NCBI GenBank assembly: GCA_020247305.1
Contig: JADCJE010000008.1
Coordinates: 157,016 to 221,015, forward strand
Origin: Phycisphaerales bacterium
GTDB taxonomy: Bacteria > Planctomycetota > UBA1135 > UBA2386
Reading direction: 5' to 3'
DNA length: 64,000 nucleotides
Part shown: positions 63,908 through 64,000 of the stretch, piece after piece
Layout: each line of letters begins with the position of its first letter
How positions within the stretch are numbered: the stretch's first letter is position 1
Program-made: the position numbers and the translations under genes
The notes under the pieces: model-generated
The model's database searches: none
Seen by the model: the letters and a program-made list of their open reading frames with translations, nothing else
What the model was told of the DNA's origin: nothing

Positions 63908-64000
63908 ATGCTCGCGACCCTGACTGCCCTCGGCTGGACATTCATGCTGCTGTCAATCGGCAGCGTGTGCGTGCTGACGTTCTGGTGCTTCAAGAAGGTG
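63908..64000 (+). CDS. small hydrophobic protein (possible NSS-transporter small subunit), truncated by window edge
   Basis: ATG 15 nt after the NSS stop. The translation MLATLTALGWTFMLLSIGSVCVLTFWCFKKV is a single TM helix followed by basic residues. Confidence 0.45.
   Translation, partial: MLATLTALGWTFMLLSIGSVCVLTFWCFKKV

Overview
Very GC-rich bacterial chromosomal segment (by eye above 70% G+C; not computed). It is densely packed with about 52 protein-coding genes on both strands. I found no rRNA, tRNA, CRISPR array, transposase, integrase or phage genes. Many of the longest ORFs in the six-frame track are Arg/Ala/Gly/Pro-rich artefacts of stop-codon-poor GC-rich DNA; they lie out of frame or antisense to recognisable genes. 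Starts were refined by ORF arithmetic, so treat them as within a few codons. Core and housekeeping genes: quinone oxidoreductase fragment, acetyl-CoA acetyltransferase, an aconitase-family enzyme, gltA, smc, nrdR, mnmE, rplC, rho, clpP, guaB-guaA, pgi and murA. Envelope or secreted proteins: Kelch, FG-GAP and NHL propellers, an M48 lipoprotein protease, and several lipoproteins. Transporters: ArsB/NhaD-type, SSS, NSS and ABC-2. Regions I consider most worth a second look: (1) a cheW / soluble PAS-MCP / cheA / cheD / cheB cluster with no cheY or cheR and a divergent CheB receiver; (2) a Rho factor whose N-terminal helical domain is replaced by about 128 aa of Gly/Arg/Tyr low complexity, behind a roughly 640-nt leader; (3) a translationally coupled DUF2752 / GYF_2 membrane protein / unknown / Zn-ribbon-CPBP protease cassette; (4) a seven-gene ABC-2/GldG/DUF4340 + DUF58 + BatA-VWA cluster with no MoxR ATPase; (5) a beta-lactamase-fold / VanX-type dipeptidase fusion lipoprotein; (6) nrdR overlapping a stand-alone ATP-cone gene directly upstream of smc; (7) an rplC separated from any S10 operon and followed by an untracked 59-aa highly basic ORF. 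All family assignments rest on motif recognition by eye, with no database search. The lineage is not determinable here; the gene content (GldG/DUF4340, BatA/DUF58, many propeller proteins, weak Shine-Dalgarno usage) suggests a PVC-, Myxococcota- or Gemmatimonadota-like organism, at low confidence.
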